A stretch of 64,000 nt of DNA from contig NC_085846.1 of assembly GCF_035594765.1 (NCBI RefSeq), positions 101,481,190 to 101,545,189 of the forward strand, in the 5' to 3' direction. The notes beneath the pieces were generated by a model. The model worked only from the letters and a program-made list of their open reading frames with translations. It did not search any database and had not been told where the DNA came from. The stretch comes from Anolis carolinensis (lineage: Eukaryota). Made by a program: the position numbers and the translations under genes. Below are positions 39,333 through 52,786 of this stretch, one piece after another; positions within the stretch are counted from its first letter, which is position 1, and each line of letters starts with the position of its first letter.

Positions 39333-41026
39333 CCACTTGATACAGGTGGTATTACTAAGGCATGATACCAACTATGTCATGCCTTAATGCTCTCTAATGC
39401 ATCCTGCATGCTGGAGAAAAGGACCCATCAAGTCATATAGAGATAGCCTAAGCAGGAATGAGCTCTGGACAATGATATTGCTTGTGACTCATACCAACAC
39501 AATGGGAGCATGACAAAAACAAATACAGGGCCACAAGAGTTTCAGGGCTTGGGACCAGAAAATAATTTGATCAAGTGGAACATATGAGATCATTGCCCTG
39601 AGACTGTCACTCATATTGCTCCAAATATTAAATCCATATTCTCCTCCTTCGTTCAGAGCCTAGATATAGAAAGACACATTTGCCAGAGGCAAGAGATTGT
39701 TTTGTTAATCATTTTATAACAGTGAAAAGGTGAAAAGGTATCTCTACATAAGCACTACTACTTTGAACTGTCCTGCCATGGATTGCACTGTTTCAGAGTT
39801 ATTATTAGCTATCCCATGCTCTCTCCCCTCCTTTGCTCTAGGCTACTTGCATCTATTGTTTTTCTTTCCAGTCTGCTAATTATACCTATTTTGGCAAACG
39901 ACCATGTGTGACATCAAACTCAATGTGATGTAGATCCAAGCTAAATCAAATATAATCTGTGGCTGCAAAAGACAGCCAAGCGAGCAGTGATACCAGCTTT
40001 TCCAGGGCATCACGTAAGCCCCTGCAGACATCCCGTGTTCAATGAAAGGGAGAAGTGGCATGACCCTCACCTCTCAGCATAACCCTCTGGGCTGGGGAAC
40101 CATTGGAACTGCAGTCCAGTGCACGTTTAAAAAGGATTAACTCAATAGGCAATTTTCTCTGTGCTGGGATAAATGATATTCATGCTAACACAGCAGCACA
40201 TAGTTGTTATTTATTTCATCAACACAGGTTTCTTTATTCATCTTTGTTTAAAAAATTCTGTTCCATTTTGGATTGTATGAAATTTCACATTGAAATGTCC
40301 CATGGAGATTACATTCTATTAACATTAATACAATAGTTAACTGTTTTAAAAACCATGCAACACAAAATGGGGAAACGGATGTCCAACAGTCAGATTAAAA
40401 GATTTTTCAAACTGAAGTACACTTCAGCTACAGGAGGGGACGTGGTGAGTTATACAGATTCAAATGAGTTCTTGAGGAGGAGGTGGTCATAACCTGTGGC
40501 CAAAATTCCTTTTTAATTACATGTTACTACAGTATTGTAGTATGTATTATTTCTACTTTTTTTGAGCTGCAGGAGGGGAGCTTTGTTGACAAGTGGCCAG
40601 GTTGACATTCCTAAAAATAAAAGGGATTTCATATGCCTCTGTGTTCATGATTATCAAGCAGAACCATATCTGTGTGTACATTTTAGTTTCTGCCTTCTTT
40701 AATTGTTAGTGGACAAACATGAAACAGAGCAGCATCTAAGGTGGCAGTTCAGACCCCTCTGCTTTCAACATTCTTCAGTGGAGGATATTATCCCATTGGT
40801 TGAAACCATGTGTTATTGGAGTCTTAAGTCTATGAAATCAGAAATTCTCCCTTTTGTCCACAGAATGGTCGGGTGTAGCTCAGTTTCACTGTCAGCAACT
40901 GAAAAAGGAAGATGCTGAAACCTTTTGCTTATTTTATATTTATATTATAATTTTGTTTCTTGGTTATATATACAGTTGGTACCTGCTGGTAAATATGGAA
41001 TGGTAAAGTCAATGTTTGCTTTTGGG

Positions 41027-41029
<3 letters not shown>

Positions 41030-41070
<41 letters not shown>
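41030..41070. repeat. (TG)n(TA)n microsatellite
   Basis: Directly visible; the adjacent SINE sits in the TA tract. Confidence 0.95.
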
Positions 41071-41390
41071 GGTAAAGGTTTCCCCTGACGTTAAGTCCAG
41101 TCATGTCTGACTCTGGGGGTTGGTGCTCATCTCCTTTTCTAAGCCGAAGAGCCGGTGTTGTCCGTAGACACCTCCAAGGTCATGTGGCCAGCATGACTAT
41201 ATGGAACGCCGTTACCTTCTTGCCAGAGCAGTACCTATTGATCTACTCATATTGGCATGTTTTCAAACTGCTAGGTTGGCAGAAGCTGGAGCTAACAGTG
41301 GTCGCTCCCGCTGCTCCCGGGGTTTGAACCTGGGACCTTTCAGTCTGCAAGTTCAGCAGCTCAGCGCTTTAACACACTGAGCCACCGGGG
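41071..41390 (-). mobile_element. Sauria-type SINE, near full length
   Basis: Reverse-complement match to 7768-8075; starts with the 'ggtaaaggtttcccctgacgttaag' tail. Confidence 0.95.
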
Positions 41391-41490
41391 TTTATATATA
41401 TATAATCTCCAATATTTTCAAACCATGGGTGACAAATCCATAGATGCAGAATTCATGGATACAGAGAGACAACTAGGTGTCTGTGTGTGT

Positions 41491-42640
41491 GTATCCCTTA
41501 TTCATAATGACTGGGACCAGAAATGTTTTGGATTTTGATTTTTTTTTTCAGATAATGTGTTATCGAGGTGANNNNNNNNNNNNNNNNNNNNNNNNNNNNN
41601 NNNNNNNNNNNNNNNNNNNNNNNNNNNNNNNNNNNNNNNNNNNNNNNNNNNNNNNNNNNNNNNNNNNNNNNNNNNNNNNNNNNNNNNNNNNNNNNNNNNN
41701 NNNNTCATGGCTCATAGTGGGTTGCAACTTTGCTAAAACACACTATCATCTAAAAACATTATGTAAAATACACATATAAAAACATATTTCCACAAAATAC
41801 ATATTAAAATACACAGAGCAATGATTAAACATAAGATGCAAGTTTAAAATTCGTGATTAAAACTGGCTGGGTAGGCCTGCTGGAAGAGATAGGCGTTCAA
41901 ATTTGTTTTAAATTCTGACAGCTCATCTAGCTGTTGGAGCTCTTCCAGTTTGTCAGTCCACAGTCATGGGGCGTCTGATGAATGGGCCCTCTGGACAAAG
42001 ATTAGAGATCTCGTCATGCTTACCTAAATCAGCATCCTAGGATGCTTCCGTGCCATCTTCAGGATGGTGCCCCACACCAGACATCACATGATATTGTGTT
42101 ACTTCTGGTGGAGACTCTGTTCTCAACTGGCGTAGAAGCATCATTGGCTAAACATGGAAGGTTTCCTGTGTTGTGCTGTCTCCAATGGAGCTAATGGGGA
42201 GCCTCTCCACAAGGGCGATGCTATCCCTATGGGGTAGGGAAAGGGTCACTTAGAGGGAGCAGAGCGAGAGATGACAAATTCACCCCACTGCCCTCCTCGT
42301 TTGTTGCAGAGGCCACGTGAAGTGGAACACTTCGCCTGGCCTTTCTGATGCAGCCTTAAATACAGTAAACACAGGATGTGAGTTTAAAATTTATAGTTAC
42401 AATTGAATGGGTAGGCCTGCTGGAAGAGATAGGTCTTCAGTTGTGATTTAAATTCCGACAGCTCATTTATACACATGGCCTAAAGTCAATTGTATACGCA
42501 ATAATTTTAAAAAATATTGTGCATGAATCAGTTTGTGTAAACTGAACAAACAGAAAGCAAAGGTGTCACTGTTTCAGCCACTCTTGTGAACAATTTTGAA
42601 TTTTGGAGGATTTTGGAATTCTGGGTGAGGGTTGCTCATC
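41491..42640. mobile_element. Tigger4/MER46-like MITE halves separated by a gap and nested L2 3' fragments (~41705-41995, ~42375-42468)
   Basis: Left 'gtatcccttattcataatgactgggaccagaaatgttttggattt'; right 'ttttggaattctgggtgagggttgctca'; 'gggtaggcctgctggaagagatagg' occurs twice inside. Confidence 0.6.
41572..41704. other. Assembly gap (133 N)
   Basis: Run of n. Confidence 1.
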
Positions 42641-43887
42641 GAACTTCCTCTTTTTTATGTTACTTTTCTGAATCAAGAAAAAGCTACGGTTCTCTTCCTT
42701 TCTTTTCAACCATCCTTTTGATATTTTTTGTGGCTCCTTAACAAAAAGCCTTGTTTGTTCAACTGATGGGCAGATCTTTACACTGTCAGCTTGTTCATTA
42801 GCTGATGGAAATATCTCCCATACAGCCAAACTGATACTTTCTTGCTCTGAGATTAAGACGACTCCATTCATTGGCAGAGTGACTAGTCTGCAGACAAATC
42901 ATGTTGCAGTGCTGTTGAAACTTAAAGTTATTTGCTATCCATTCTCTAACTCTAATGGACTCAGTTACATTTTCATAGCCATGTTTCTGCAGCTCCCCAC
43001 AGTGCCTTAAGCAATAGAAATTCTTTTGCTGAAACAAGGGCTTTCCTTTCAAAGGGAGGGGGGTGTGGATGGAAAAGCAGTTCTTCTTAAATCATTTGCT
43101 TGATGCAAGACAGATTTTGTGTCGACTTGGCAAATTCAGAGAGAGAGGAGCGAAGATGAAAGAGATGACAGACATGTCAACGTTCTGGAGACTCCCCACC
43201 TCTCTTGCCAAATGGTTTGAAATCGGCAGCCATGCTGCTGCGGGATGGAGATAATAGGAGGAAAATCTGTAAGATAACATCTGCTCAAGTGTCAGAATTC
43301 ATTAATGGGAAGAAGAGGGGAAAACTGCAGGCGTGCACTGGGGTCGTTCAAAAATCTGCCATTCTAAGCAAAATGTGGAACTCGAGATCATATTGTTATT
43401 ATTATTTCCCCCCTTGGATGCAATGGCGCCCAACACATCAAACAGATTCTGGACCAGCTTCAAAAGCGTCGGAAAAAGCTGACATGGATCTTGTTACTGG
43501 GATCTTGTCTGCTCTGTGCTCACAAATTGCATTGCAAATGCAATAAAAGCTAGAAAGGCTGGATAAAGGTGATGGTTTGGGATGGTGATGTCATCTATAA
43601 AGTCAACAAATGTGGCGGCAAGGCTATACAGATTGCTTTTACAGCGTGCTTGAGCTGATCCAATACCAGATGTGCACACCTGGGGGCCTATGGTTTTGAA
43701 GCAGAGGGAAAAGGAGAATAATTGACAATATAAATTGATATGCACTCATAAAATGTCTTCCCTAGGCAGAATGGCCAAATATAAATGATCTGCAAAAGAA
43801 GCTTGCTTCATTCCAAGCCATGAAATGAATCTTATACATAACCTGTGTGCAAGAGGCAGAGTGTGGAAAATAAACTTTTGGGGACTG

Positions 43888-44080
43888 TATGTTGCCGGTT
43901 GGCCTATGGTGACCCCACAAATTTAACGGGGTTTGCTTGTGTAAGTATTCCTCAGAGGTTGTTTGCCATTGTCTTCCTATAGCATCTGGTGTTTCATGGT
44001 GGTCCATCATCTAAGTACTATCCAGACCTGATCCCTTTCATCTTCCAAGTTCAGATGGCTATCTGGTGCATTCAGAGGTA
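43888..44080 (-). mobile_element. 5S rRNA-derived SINE (SINE3) with RTE-like tail
   Basis: ~43976-44080 aligns by eye with most of the 5S reverse complement (cctatagcatctggtgtttc..catctaagtactatccagacctgatcc..cttccaagttcaga..gcattcagaggt). Confidence 0.8.
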
Positions 44081-44707
44081 CATCCACACGGTAGAAGTAA
44101 ATACAGTTTGATACTGCTTTAACAGCCATGACTCATTACTATGGAATTGTGAATGTTTTAGTTTTGCAAGTTCTTTAACCTTCTGTGTTAAAGAGTGCTG
44201 ATGCTTCACCAAATGGCAACTCCTAAGATTCCATAGCATTGAACCTTTGCAGTTAAAATGGTGTCAAACTGGGTTCATTTTACAGTTTAGAGTGCGCTCT
44301 CAGACTCTAAATATAGCTGTTATTGTCCTTCTGTGTTTTCAAGTTGATTCTGACCTATGGCACCACTCTCCTAGTAATTTCCTGGCAAGATCTACTCAGA
44401 GGAGACCTTCCATTGCTGAACTCCAAGGCATGACTCACCCAAAGTCAACGGACAGGTTTCCATGACTGAATATGGAGTTGAACTCTAGCCTCCTGGAGAC
44501 CTGGAATGCATCTACACTGCAGGATTAATGCAATTTAACACCATTTAAATACCATGTCTCAGTGCTATAGAATCATAGGAGTAGTAGTTTTCAAAGGTCT
44601 TTAGCCTCCTTTGCCAAAAAAAAGTCCTGGTTCCTCTCCAAATTGTAAATCCATAGAATTGAACCATGGTGTTAAACAGCATTAATTCTATGGTATAGCT
44701 GTACCCC
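44077..44707. mobile_element. Two H1 MITEs (~44077-44295, ~44503-44707) flanking a CORE-SINE remnant
   Basis: Arms match the other H1 copies; the second ends 'gctgtaccc'. Confidence 0.75.
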
Positions 44708-45937
44708 TGTGCTTACACCACAACTCCCATAATCTCAGGCCAATGTGGCTATACTTGTCTGGATATTCTGATCACTGTTGTATAAAATGTAACTCTTTAA
44801 AGCATGATCTTCAAAACAAAAAGAGTTTGGATATGTTGTGAGTGGCAACTGCACCTACCTAAACTGGGAAAACTGAAGCATACCACAGAGGAGTTAACCA
44901 AACTTTAAAAAAAAATCCAGAATGATACATGTGTTTTATTCTGGTTTTTTATACATAATGCTATATGTCTGCTCTGTTTTTATAATTCAGTTTTATTGGG
45001 CATCATATTGGGGCCCTAGGTCAAAATAAAAGCTACGTATATATAAATACATCTTTTGTCTGAGAGCATGTGATGCCACAAAACGATAGATCAGAGTTGG
45101 GGACAATTGTTCTATCTGAACATTTAAGTCATATGTTTGCCTTGTTCTAGCAATATTCCTACAACTTAGGAAAAATAAGGGGATAGGGTGTCGAGGCTAT
45201 GTTTGCCCCATGGAAATTATTGCTTGGTGTCTACACTTATTTGGCTTGAATGCTCTTGCTTTCCCTTGGGTCTCTTGTTTTACTCAGCAGGGTACCGTCT
45301 GCCCTTCACAGAACCAAGACTGGGCAATACATTTTTCTGCCATAGTAGATGGCTATTTACAAAAGGTGCCATAAATTTCAGGGCATTATAGGAAATCATT
45401 AGGAAAGAGATGCATGAACTCTTAATCTTCTTTGACTTCTCCCAGGGTTGCTGTAGGCTTAGCTCTTTATCCATGCCAGCTTCAATGGCCACCAACTGTG
45501 AGTGGAATTTCTCTGCTGCAACACAGTGACTCCATTTAAAGCGGGTCACGGGATATAATGTTTCACAGAATTTGCAGACTAAGCAGTTTTTAAAAAATAT
45601 TTCAGGGCATGGAAAAGTTTGAGCCAGCCCTGTCATTGGAGCATGGAAGCTCTTCCAAAGACCAGCTGCAACTGAGCCATCTCTGCTCTCATGGACCAAA
45701 AGACATCAACCCTCACTGGCTTTCAAAAAATTAATCTAGCACGGAACATAACTAACCTAAATCTCCCTTCCAGAATCTATGGTTAGGCCTAAAAGATGTT
45801 TATGACATTCTGATCCTACTTGGCTGCTGATAAAATGATGAGTTTGGGAACATTATTTTTCATATAGCATCTTCCAGAATCCCCCAGTCAATATGGCTGA
45901 GGGATTGGAGTACTTATTTCCCCCCAAAATATACATG

Positions 45938-45996
45938 CCCCCCCCCCCCCAAATTCAGATAGCAGAAATGGATCAAGATTCAGCCAAAATGCACAA
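45938..45996 (-). repeat. Inverted copy of 38830-38887
   Basis: C13-aaattcagatagcagaaatggatcaagattcagccaaaatgcacaa is the exact reverse complement of the donor (G12 there). Confidence 0.97.
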
Positions 45997-47145
45997 ATGA
46001 CATAAAGCCTCAGACAGAGGAAAAGTACAGTTAGCCCTCTGCAATGGAGGATTTCACTTTTGTGGATATTTTATTATTTACATATTTGATCAACATGATC
46101 TCAAGGTTCTCCAGCATGGCTTTATGGTCGACTTTCAGTAGACATGAACTATGGAGTTGAGCTGGAAGATCTTTAAATTCCTATAGATTCTCCAGAACAA
46201 TTATATTGTCAGGACCTAGAGTGTTTTTATTAACTTCTTTTTCATTTTCATGTGCATCCTGCACTGCTAACATCAGCAAATGTAGATCCAACCATTGAGT
46301 ATGAGAATGGATGCTTTGGTGTCTAGGGCACTCCAGGCAAATTGATAAGCCAGAATACTTGAGAACATGGCTATCTTCGCTGCCCAATTGCTCACAATGC
46401 CAGCAGAAGTGGCTAAACAATCCAGGGACCTCCTGTCTGTGATTTTTTTTCATATCGACAACCCCATCCATCTCTCTGGCTTGTCTCTCTCCTAGCAAGC
46501 TTTACACTGCCATATAATACACTTTAGAACTGCATTATATGGTCAGTATGGACCTCTATAATGCCATTTAACTGCATTGAACTGTGTTATATGGGTCTTC
46601 ACTTACCATATAATGCAGTTTCAAGCTGCATTGCATGGCAGTGTAAATTCAGCCTTAGTCCAGGGCCTGAGAATCAGCTGGATGGCAAATCATACTAGCT
46701 GCAGTTCATAAAGTTCACCACAGGGAGCAGCACCACAAAAGAAAAGAGCTTTTTTGACCTCGAAGGACTCTTTTGCACTATACACAAATAGCACTGTCAT
46801 TCCACCCTAACTGCTGTGGCAACAGCCTATGGAATTCTGGGGTTCACAGTTAAGGAGAGAGCTTTGGAATTCTTTAGCATTTCACCAAACTATAATAACC
46901 AGGATTTCATGGGATCCAGCCATAGCAGTTAAAGAGGAATCCTTGAACTGTAGTCATCCGTGGAGCTTGGTAGATAAATATAGTTTCTGGTTGCTTGAGA
47001 ATTACTATTAAAATTGTCCTAACAAATGGTATATCCCATACTATTCTATACCATAAACACTGTATTGACTTGATATTAATATTGAAATACAATATTAAAA
47101 GCAAACTAAGACAAGTATAGACAAACCTAATATAACCCAGTTTTA

Positions 47146-47475
47146 GTAAAAGTAAAAGTTTCCCCTGATGTTAAGTCCAGTCATGTCCGACTCTTGGGGT
47201 TGGTGCTCATCTCCATTTCTAAGCCGAAGAGCTGGCGTTGTCTGTAGACACCTCCAAGGTCATGTGGTCGGCATGACTGCATGGAACGCCTTTACCTTCC
47301 TGCCGTAGCGATACCTATTGATCTATTCACATTTGCATATTTTCGGACTGCTAGGTTGGCAGAAGCTGGAGCTAACAGCGGGTGCTCATGCAGCTCCCCG
47401 GATTTGAACCTGGGACCTTTCGGTCTGCAAGTTAAGCAGCTCAGCGCTTTAACACACTGAGCCACCAGAGGCTCC
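47146..47475 (-). mobile_element. Sauria-type SINE, full length
   Basis: Highly similar to 41071-41390; gtttta lies on both sides (possible TSD). Confidence 0.95.
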
Positions 47476-47626
47476 TGTTTTACTGTGTTATAAAAACAGA
47501 TTTGTGAATGTAGGATGTGTTAGTTCTTCAATTTTTTGCCAGTTGCTTGAGAGCTCTAGTTGCTTGAGTTCCAGTTAATTGAGAGTCTACTGTAGTGGAT
47601 TCCTCTTGATGCTTGATTGCTTAAAC

Positions 47627-47940
47627 CAGTGGTTCTCAACCTGTGGGCTGCAGCCCACTGGTGGGCCACAAGACCTAAAATAAGGTCCATGAGATATGCA
47701 GGGAAAATCAACTCTAAATTATTAAATATTGTTTTTTGTGGGCGAGCAGATGGCAACTACTGGATGGCATATGTTTGGTATCAGAAACTAGAGCTGATGT
47801 GGCTTTCTAAATCAGCACCCCAAATAACCAAACCGAATCTAAAGTTCACCAAAAACTGTTTCGTAACCCTTTTGGTACTAATGTTGGAGAGTGGGCTCTG
47901 GTCAAATGGTCCCTGGTCAAAATAAGGTTGGGAACCACTG
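47627..47940. mobile_element. 314-bp hAT (Charlie/Buster-like) non-autonomous element
   Basis: cagtggttctcaacct ... aggttgggaaccactg; TSD gcttaaac/gcttaagc (7/8). Confidence 0.93.
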
Positions 47941-50900
47941 GCTTAAGCCCATTTAACAAGGCACAGCTGAGTACCTAAATCATAGAGCAAAATGGATCCA
48001 TGCGGAAAAAAAATTCTTTCTTTCGATGGCTTACCTTCCTACAGTCTTTCACCCTAAACTCAATTTTCTTCATTGGGATCTGATAGCAGAAATGACCATG
48101 GCATGGGAGAAAGGGAGCATTGTTGTATAACTCACACAAAGGTTATGAGTAACCAGCTTCTCTTAGATTGGGATGGGCAACTGCTGAGGATTCAGGGATA
48201 TTTTTCTGATCTAAGACCTAAAAGTTGGCGTTTTGGACTACCAAAAATAGCAAAGCATCCACTCACACACACCCCTCCCTAAATGCACACACATTCAAAC
48301 CAGAACCAGAATACTGGGGTTTTGTGTATTAAACATGGAGGAATGCAGTGCATCCCCTTTTATAATCAGTCTAGAAAGTCTGAAGAGATTATACCAAACC
48401 CTGGGGACTGGATATAGCCCTAAGGCTGTATTTTGTCCACACTTTTCTCAGACACATTTTGTCTTAGCTCTTTTTCTTGGAAAAAAATCTATCCCATTTT
48501 AAACACTCCTCCCAGTAAATGTAATCTTGTGCAGCAAGAGCCTCAAACTCAGAGCTGGCCTATTTTTGGTTACTACATGCCAAAATTGGGCAGAGACCCT
48601 TCCATGTCCAGGATCAATATTAACATTGTGTTCGCTAAATCTCTGGTGCCGTTTCTCCACCCATCTATGTGCAGTTAGACCCTTTCTATAAAAACATAGC
48701 TGGAAAACCCACCTGCCATAATCAAGACATCTTAAACCCATTTTGCCTGCCAATATTCCTCTCCAGAAGTAATGCATATGGAAATGTAACCTTCCCAAGA
48801 AATGTCTTGTTTCCCTAATGTCCTGCTCCTCCCTTCCTTCTCAATCAGTGTTTGGCTGAAACTAGAGTAGGGGAATATACTGGCATATGTTTTTTGTCAG
48901 AGCAACATTTTAAAACAGTGTTACAGTTCCTAGAAAAGAGAAATCTTAGAACAATTGCTTCAGAAGTTTGCACCCTTTGTGATACAAACATGTATTGTGT
49001 ATTGGGATAGCTTTCAACTGAGCTCTCTTCCTCAACCCTTATTTCTTTATATTTTCAGACATCTTCAAAGAGAAAAGAGGCTGAAGCTTTCTACAAATAG
49101 TTATTTGCCAACCTGTGTATTGCTTGTAACTCATGGGTTGCTACATAACTCAAGAATGAACCACAGAAAGGGTGTTCTCTGCTAGAGATATGGAGTGCAA
49201 GTTGTGCTATGGATGCAGTGTGGCTTTTGTGGAAAATGAACATTAATCATGTCCAGTTGGGTTGTACAGTGTTAGCATTCCATAGCAAGGTGATATTATA
49301 TAACCAGTGTGTAACTCCACATGAGTAACAGCTTTTCCATGCAGGAACTCTGCTGTATTTGTTTGTTTAATGTTTAAAAGTGCAATGTGGTCCTGCTCCC
49401 AGGAAATACAATCCATATCTTTTAGGACCAAAGAACAATGAAAGAAGCTTCTCTGAAGGAATCGTCATCTAATGGTAAATCCCATGCTTCGTATGAAAGA
49501 GGACTCTAGTTTCCTCCCTTGATAAAATCGGAGCAGAAGGCAATGGGACTCTCCACTGGCCAAGTTGAGGTGCATACTGGCCAAAACTGGTCAAATTATT
49601 TTGTGCTCAAGGCACAGAATCCGACCTCTTGTTCTTCCAATTTTTTGCCAATAAAAAAAGAAAATAACCATTTTATTAATGACTTTCTGGCCTAGCATGA
49701 TATCCAAACTCAGGCATCCATTGTGCATGAAATGGGAAACAGAAAAACTGTTCTCCACAAATGGTAGGAACTTCATAGTAGGAAGGAGTAAACATGGAAA
49801 TCAAGTGACTCTAGAACAAGCCCATGTGACTGAAGGAGAGACTATATTTTGTATATATAGGTGAATGGGTTGATTTCCCGCCATGCAACACTCACATGAT
49901 TTGAAACTGCTTTTCTGCAGCTGTCTAGTTAGTCTCAAAACATCTTTATTGAACAAGAAAGGGACGCCACACTTGAATTAATGTTTCCTGAATAAAGTAA
50001 TTGGGGATGGGTGAGTCTTAGATATTCATATTTCAGTGTTTTCACATTTATAGCCAAAGACAGGTGTAAAATTACAGCAACAAGGCCATAACTCATACAG
50101 CCAGTACAAGTGCCAATAAAATGTCTCTTTTTTTTTTTTACAACATTAGGGCTCTGCCCAGACACATAGTTTGAAAGAAATATGTTGTAAAAATTCATCT
50201 GTTCAAAAGAATGCTGATAGGGGTGACACTGTTTTTAGTATCACTTTGGTTAAAATATTTTCCCCATCATATCCTTATGTCCCCCTCAGATTTATGGGAT
50301 GAAACAAGTCTGTGTTGCTGTATATTGCCTGCAGGCATCACAAATCTTACCATGCTAAACTAAACAAGCCTGGAAAACTGGGTGTTCATAAATGCTAACC
50401 ATTTATGGTATCCAGATGGGAAAAGCACTGAGCAAACCCAGCACAAGGGAGCACCCATGTAAAAATAACCAGCAATGCTATGGCAGTGGCAACGAGTCAA
50501 ACTACACAGGGTGCCGTCCCATTTTGCAAAAGAGGAGACTGCTGTGTGTCCCTTGGCAGGCAGAAGAACCTTAAACACAAAGCAAGTAGTTTACAGCTTT
50601 TGGTCTTTATCTAAAGCAAAGCATTAAGCTCTGGAGCAGAATGAGTCACCACCAATGGTATCTCGGATAAGTGTGGAGTTTAACCTCTCTGAGCTTGCAC
50701 CACACTCCCAGGTGGGGTATATTTGTGCAGGATTTTCCTCTAAAGCTAGACAGGCACCACTAGTATAGTTAATTCTGGAGTTTAGCAGTGGAATGAACTA
50801 CCTTGGGAGGTGATGGATTTTCTCACTAGAGGTTTTTAAACTGGAGTTGGAGGACCATTTGTGAAGGACACTTTAGCTATGGATTCTTGTATTGATGGAG

Positions 50901-51303
50901 GAGCTAGACATGATGATCCTTGGGCACCCCCGGGCAACTACCATTCTGTGATCTAATGGTATTCACTGGGCCAACTCCCTCCTATCTGCAGAATTGTAAT
51001 CCAGCACTCCCAGAAGTCATTGGGTTTGAGGAAAGTACACAGGTATCATTGCCAGAATCTTCCTCACAAAGATATGAATTCCATGCATCCCGATGAAGAA
51101 CCCCTTGGCCCTATAGATGCCTTGGACTTCAGTTCCAATGTTGTCTTACTGAAGGGCCAATGTTTGTCCTGTCTTATAAGACTGACCCTTCCTGGAGCTT
51201 TTGGCAATTTCCTACAAAAACCTATTATGGTTCTTGACTCTGATTTAGCAGAACACCAGCATGAACACGGTGTGAAATAGGTGAGAGATAATGTATATGC
51301 CAA

Positions 51304-51515
51304 TTGTTGTTGTCAACCTTTAAGTCATTTCCAACACATGGCAAACCCTAAGGCGAACCCTAAGACAACAGGGTTGTCTTGACAAGATTTGTTTAGAAGA
51401 CACTATGACTTGCCCAGTGGGTTTCATGGCTGAGCATGGATTCAAATCTTGAAACTCTCAAAACTATGGCTCTCTAGAGTCATAGTCCAACACTCAAATC
51501 ACTACACCATGCTTG
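51304..51515 (-). mobile_element. CORE/MIR-like SINE, most complete copy in the window
   Basis: Tail 'gttgttgtcaacctttaagtcatttcc', core 'tgacttgcccagtgggtttcatggctgag', head 'tagtccaacactcaaatcactacacc'. Confidence 0.75.
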
Positions 51516-52235
51516 CCCACCCAAAAAAAACCCCTCCATATATCAAGTTTATTTACTTTGTTCTTGCTCTATCATAAAACCTAATCAGTATAGGTAAGTG
51601 CAATAAAATTCAGTGTATAACAAGTACATTGGAGTAATATAATATCAATATATTTGGACTACAAAAAACTGATTCTAGTCACTCCCTAAAATTCAGTTCA
51701 TTTTGTCTGGTTTCTTCACCCTTTTCACATAGTAGTTGCATAATGCAACTCTGGTCATCCTATTGGGGTTACACAGTACTATCTCCCATGGGGAAATTTA
51801 TTTCGAAGAGTTGAATCACTTCACCACAGTGCTTTTGAAAGAGAGTGGGGCAGAGGATTGCCAAATTGTGAAATCCGCAGAAACAATTAAACAATTAAAT
51901 CACAGTCTCCATGATCCAGCATTGTGGGGGCAGATTATACATATTGCATCATGTTGGATTGGAATGTTCTTCTTCTTGCTACAACTTCAATAGTCAGATA
52001 TCTCACCAAATAGACTACCACTCATCAACACAAATGCCTCAGCATACTTTCTAAGAGTTCAGGTGTTTTTGCTCTAGCAAATCATAGTGGGTAAACTTTT
52101 GACAAGACTTTCACAATTTCTACATAACTGCGCCTCTATTCTATATTGGGAACACTCTGTATTATCTCTCCCAGAGAAAATGTCTCACCTCAAAGCATTT
52201 TAAAAAGAGGATAAAACCTGGAGCTGAGTCACTTG

Positions 52236-52560
52236 ATCATAGAATTATAGACTCGGAAGAGACAAGGACCATCTAATCCAAACCTCTTCCAGGCAGGAAT
52301 ACACAATCAAATCACTTCTGACAGATGACCATCCAGCCTATGTTTAAAAGCCTCCAGAGAAGGAAATTCCACCACACTCCCAAGCAGTGTCTTCCAATGT
52401 TGAACAGTTATAACTATCAGGAAGTTCTTCCTAATATTTATTTATTATTTATTATTCACGATATTTCTATCCCGCCTTTCTCAACCCCAAAGGGGACTCA
52501 AGGCGGCCTTACATATCAGCAGCTATTCGATGCCTAAAAAACAATACAAATTTAAATATT
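52236..52560 (-). mobile_element. CR1 3' fragment (to ~52435) abutting an L2-type 3' tail (~52436-52560)
   Basis: 'atcatagaattatagactcggaag..gaagttcttcctaat' then 'tttattattc..atcccgcctttctc..ggggactcaaggcggc'. Confidence 0.8.
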
Positions 52561-52786
52561 CAGTTTGTCATAAAGCTAGTTCTGTCTGATGCTTATAAGC
52601 AACTGCAAATGAGCAATAACTGAAAGGTTAGTTTTAAAGTGATACCAAGCACTGCACACTTCTTCTAACATTTGTTTTGGAATATCACACCTTACATGCT
52701 TCTTAATACACAGAGCACATGTGAATATGTCTTTTGACTTGCATGACCAACCTATACGAGTATTAAGTATTGCAAACATGCCCACA

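Noticed and set aside
43976-44080. Functional 5S rRNA gene
   Set aside because: Heavily diverged and fused to a SINE tail
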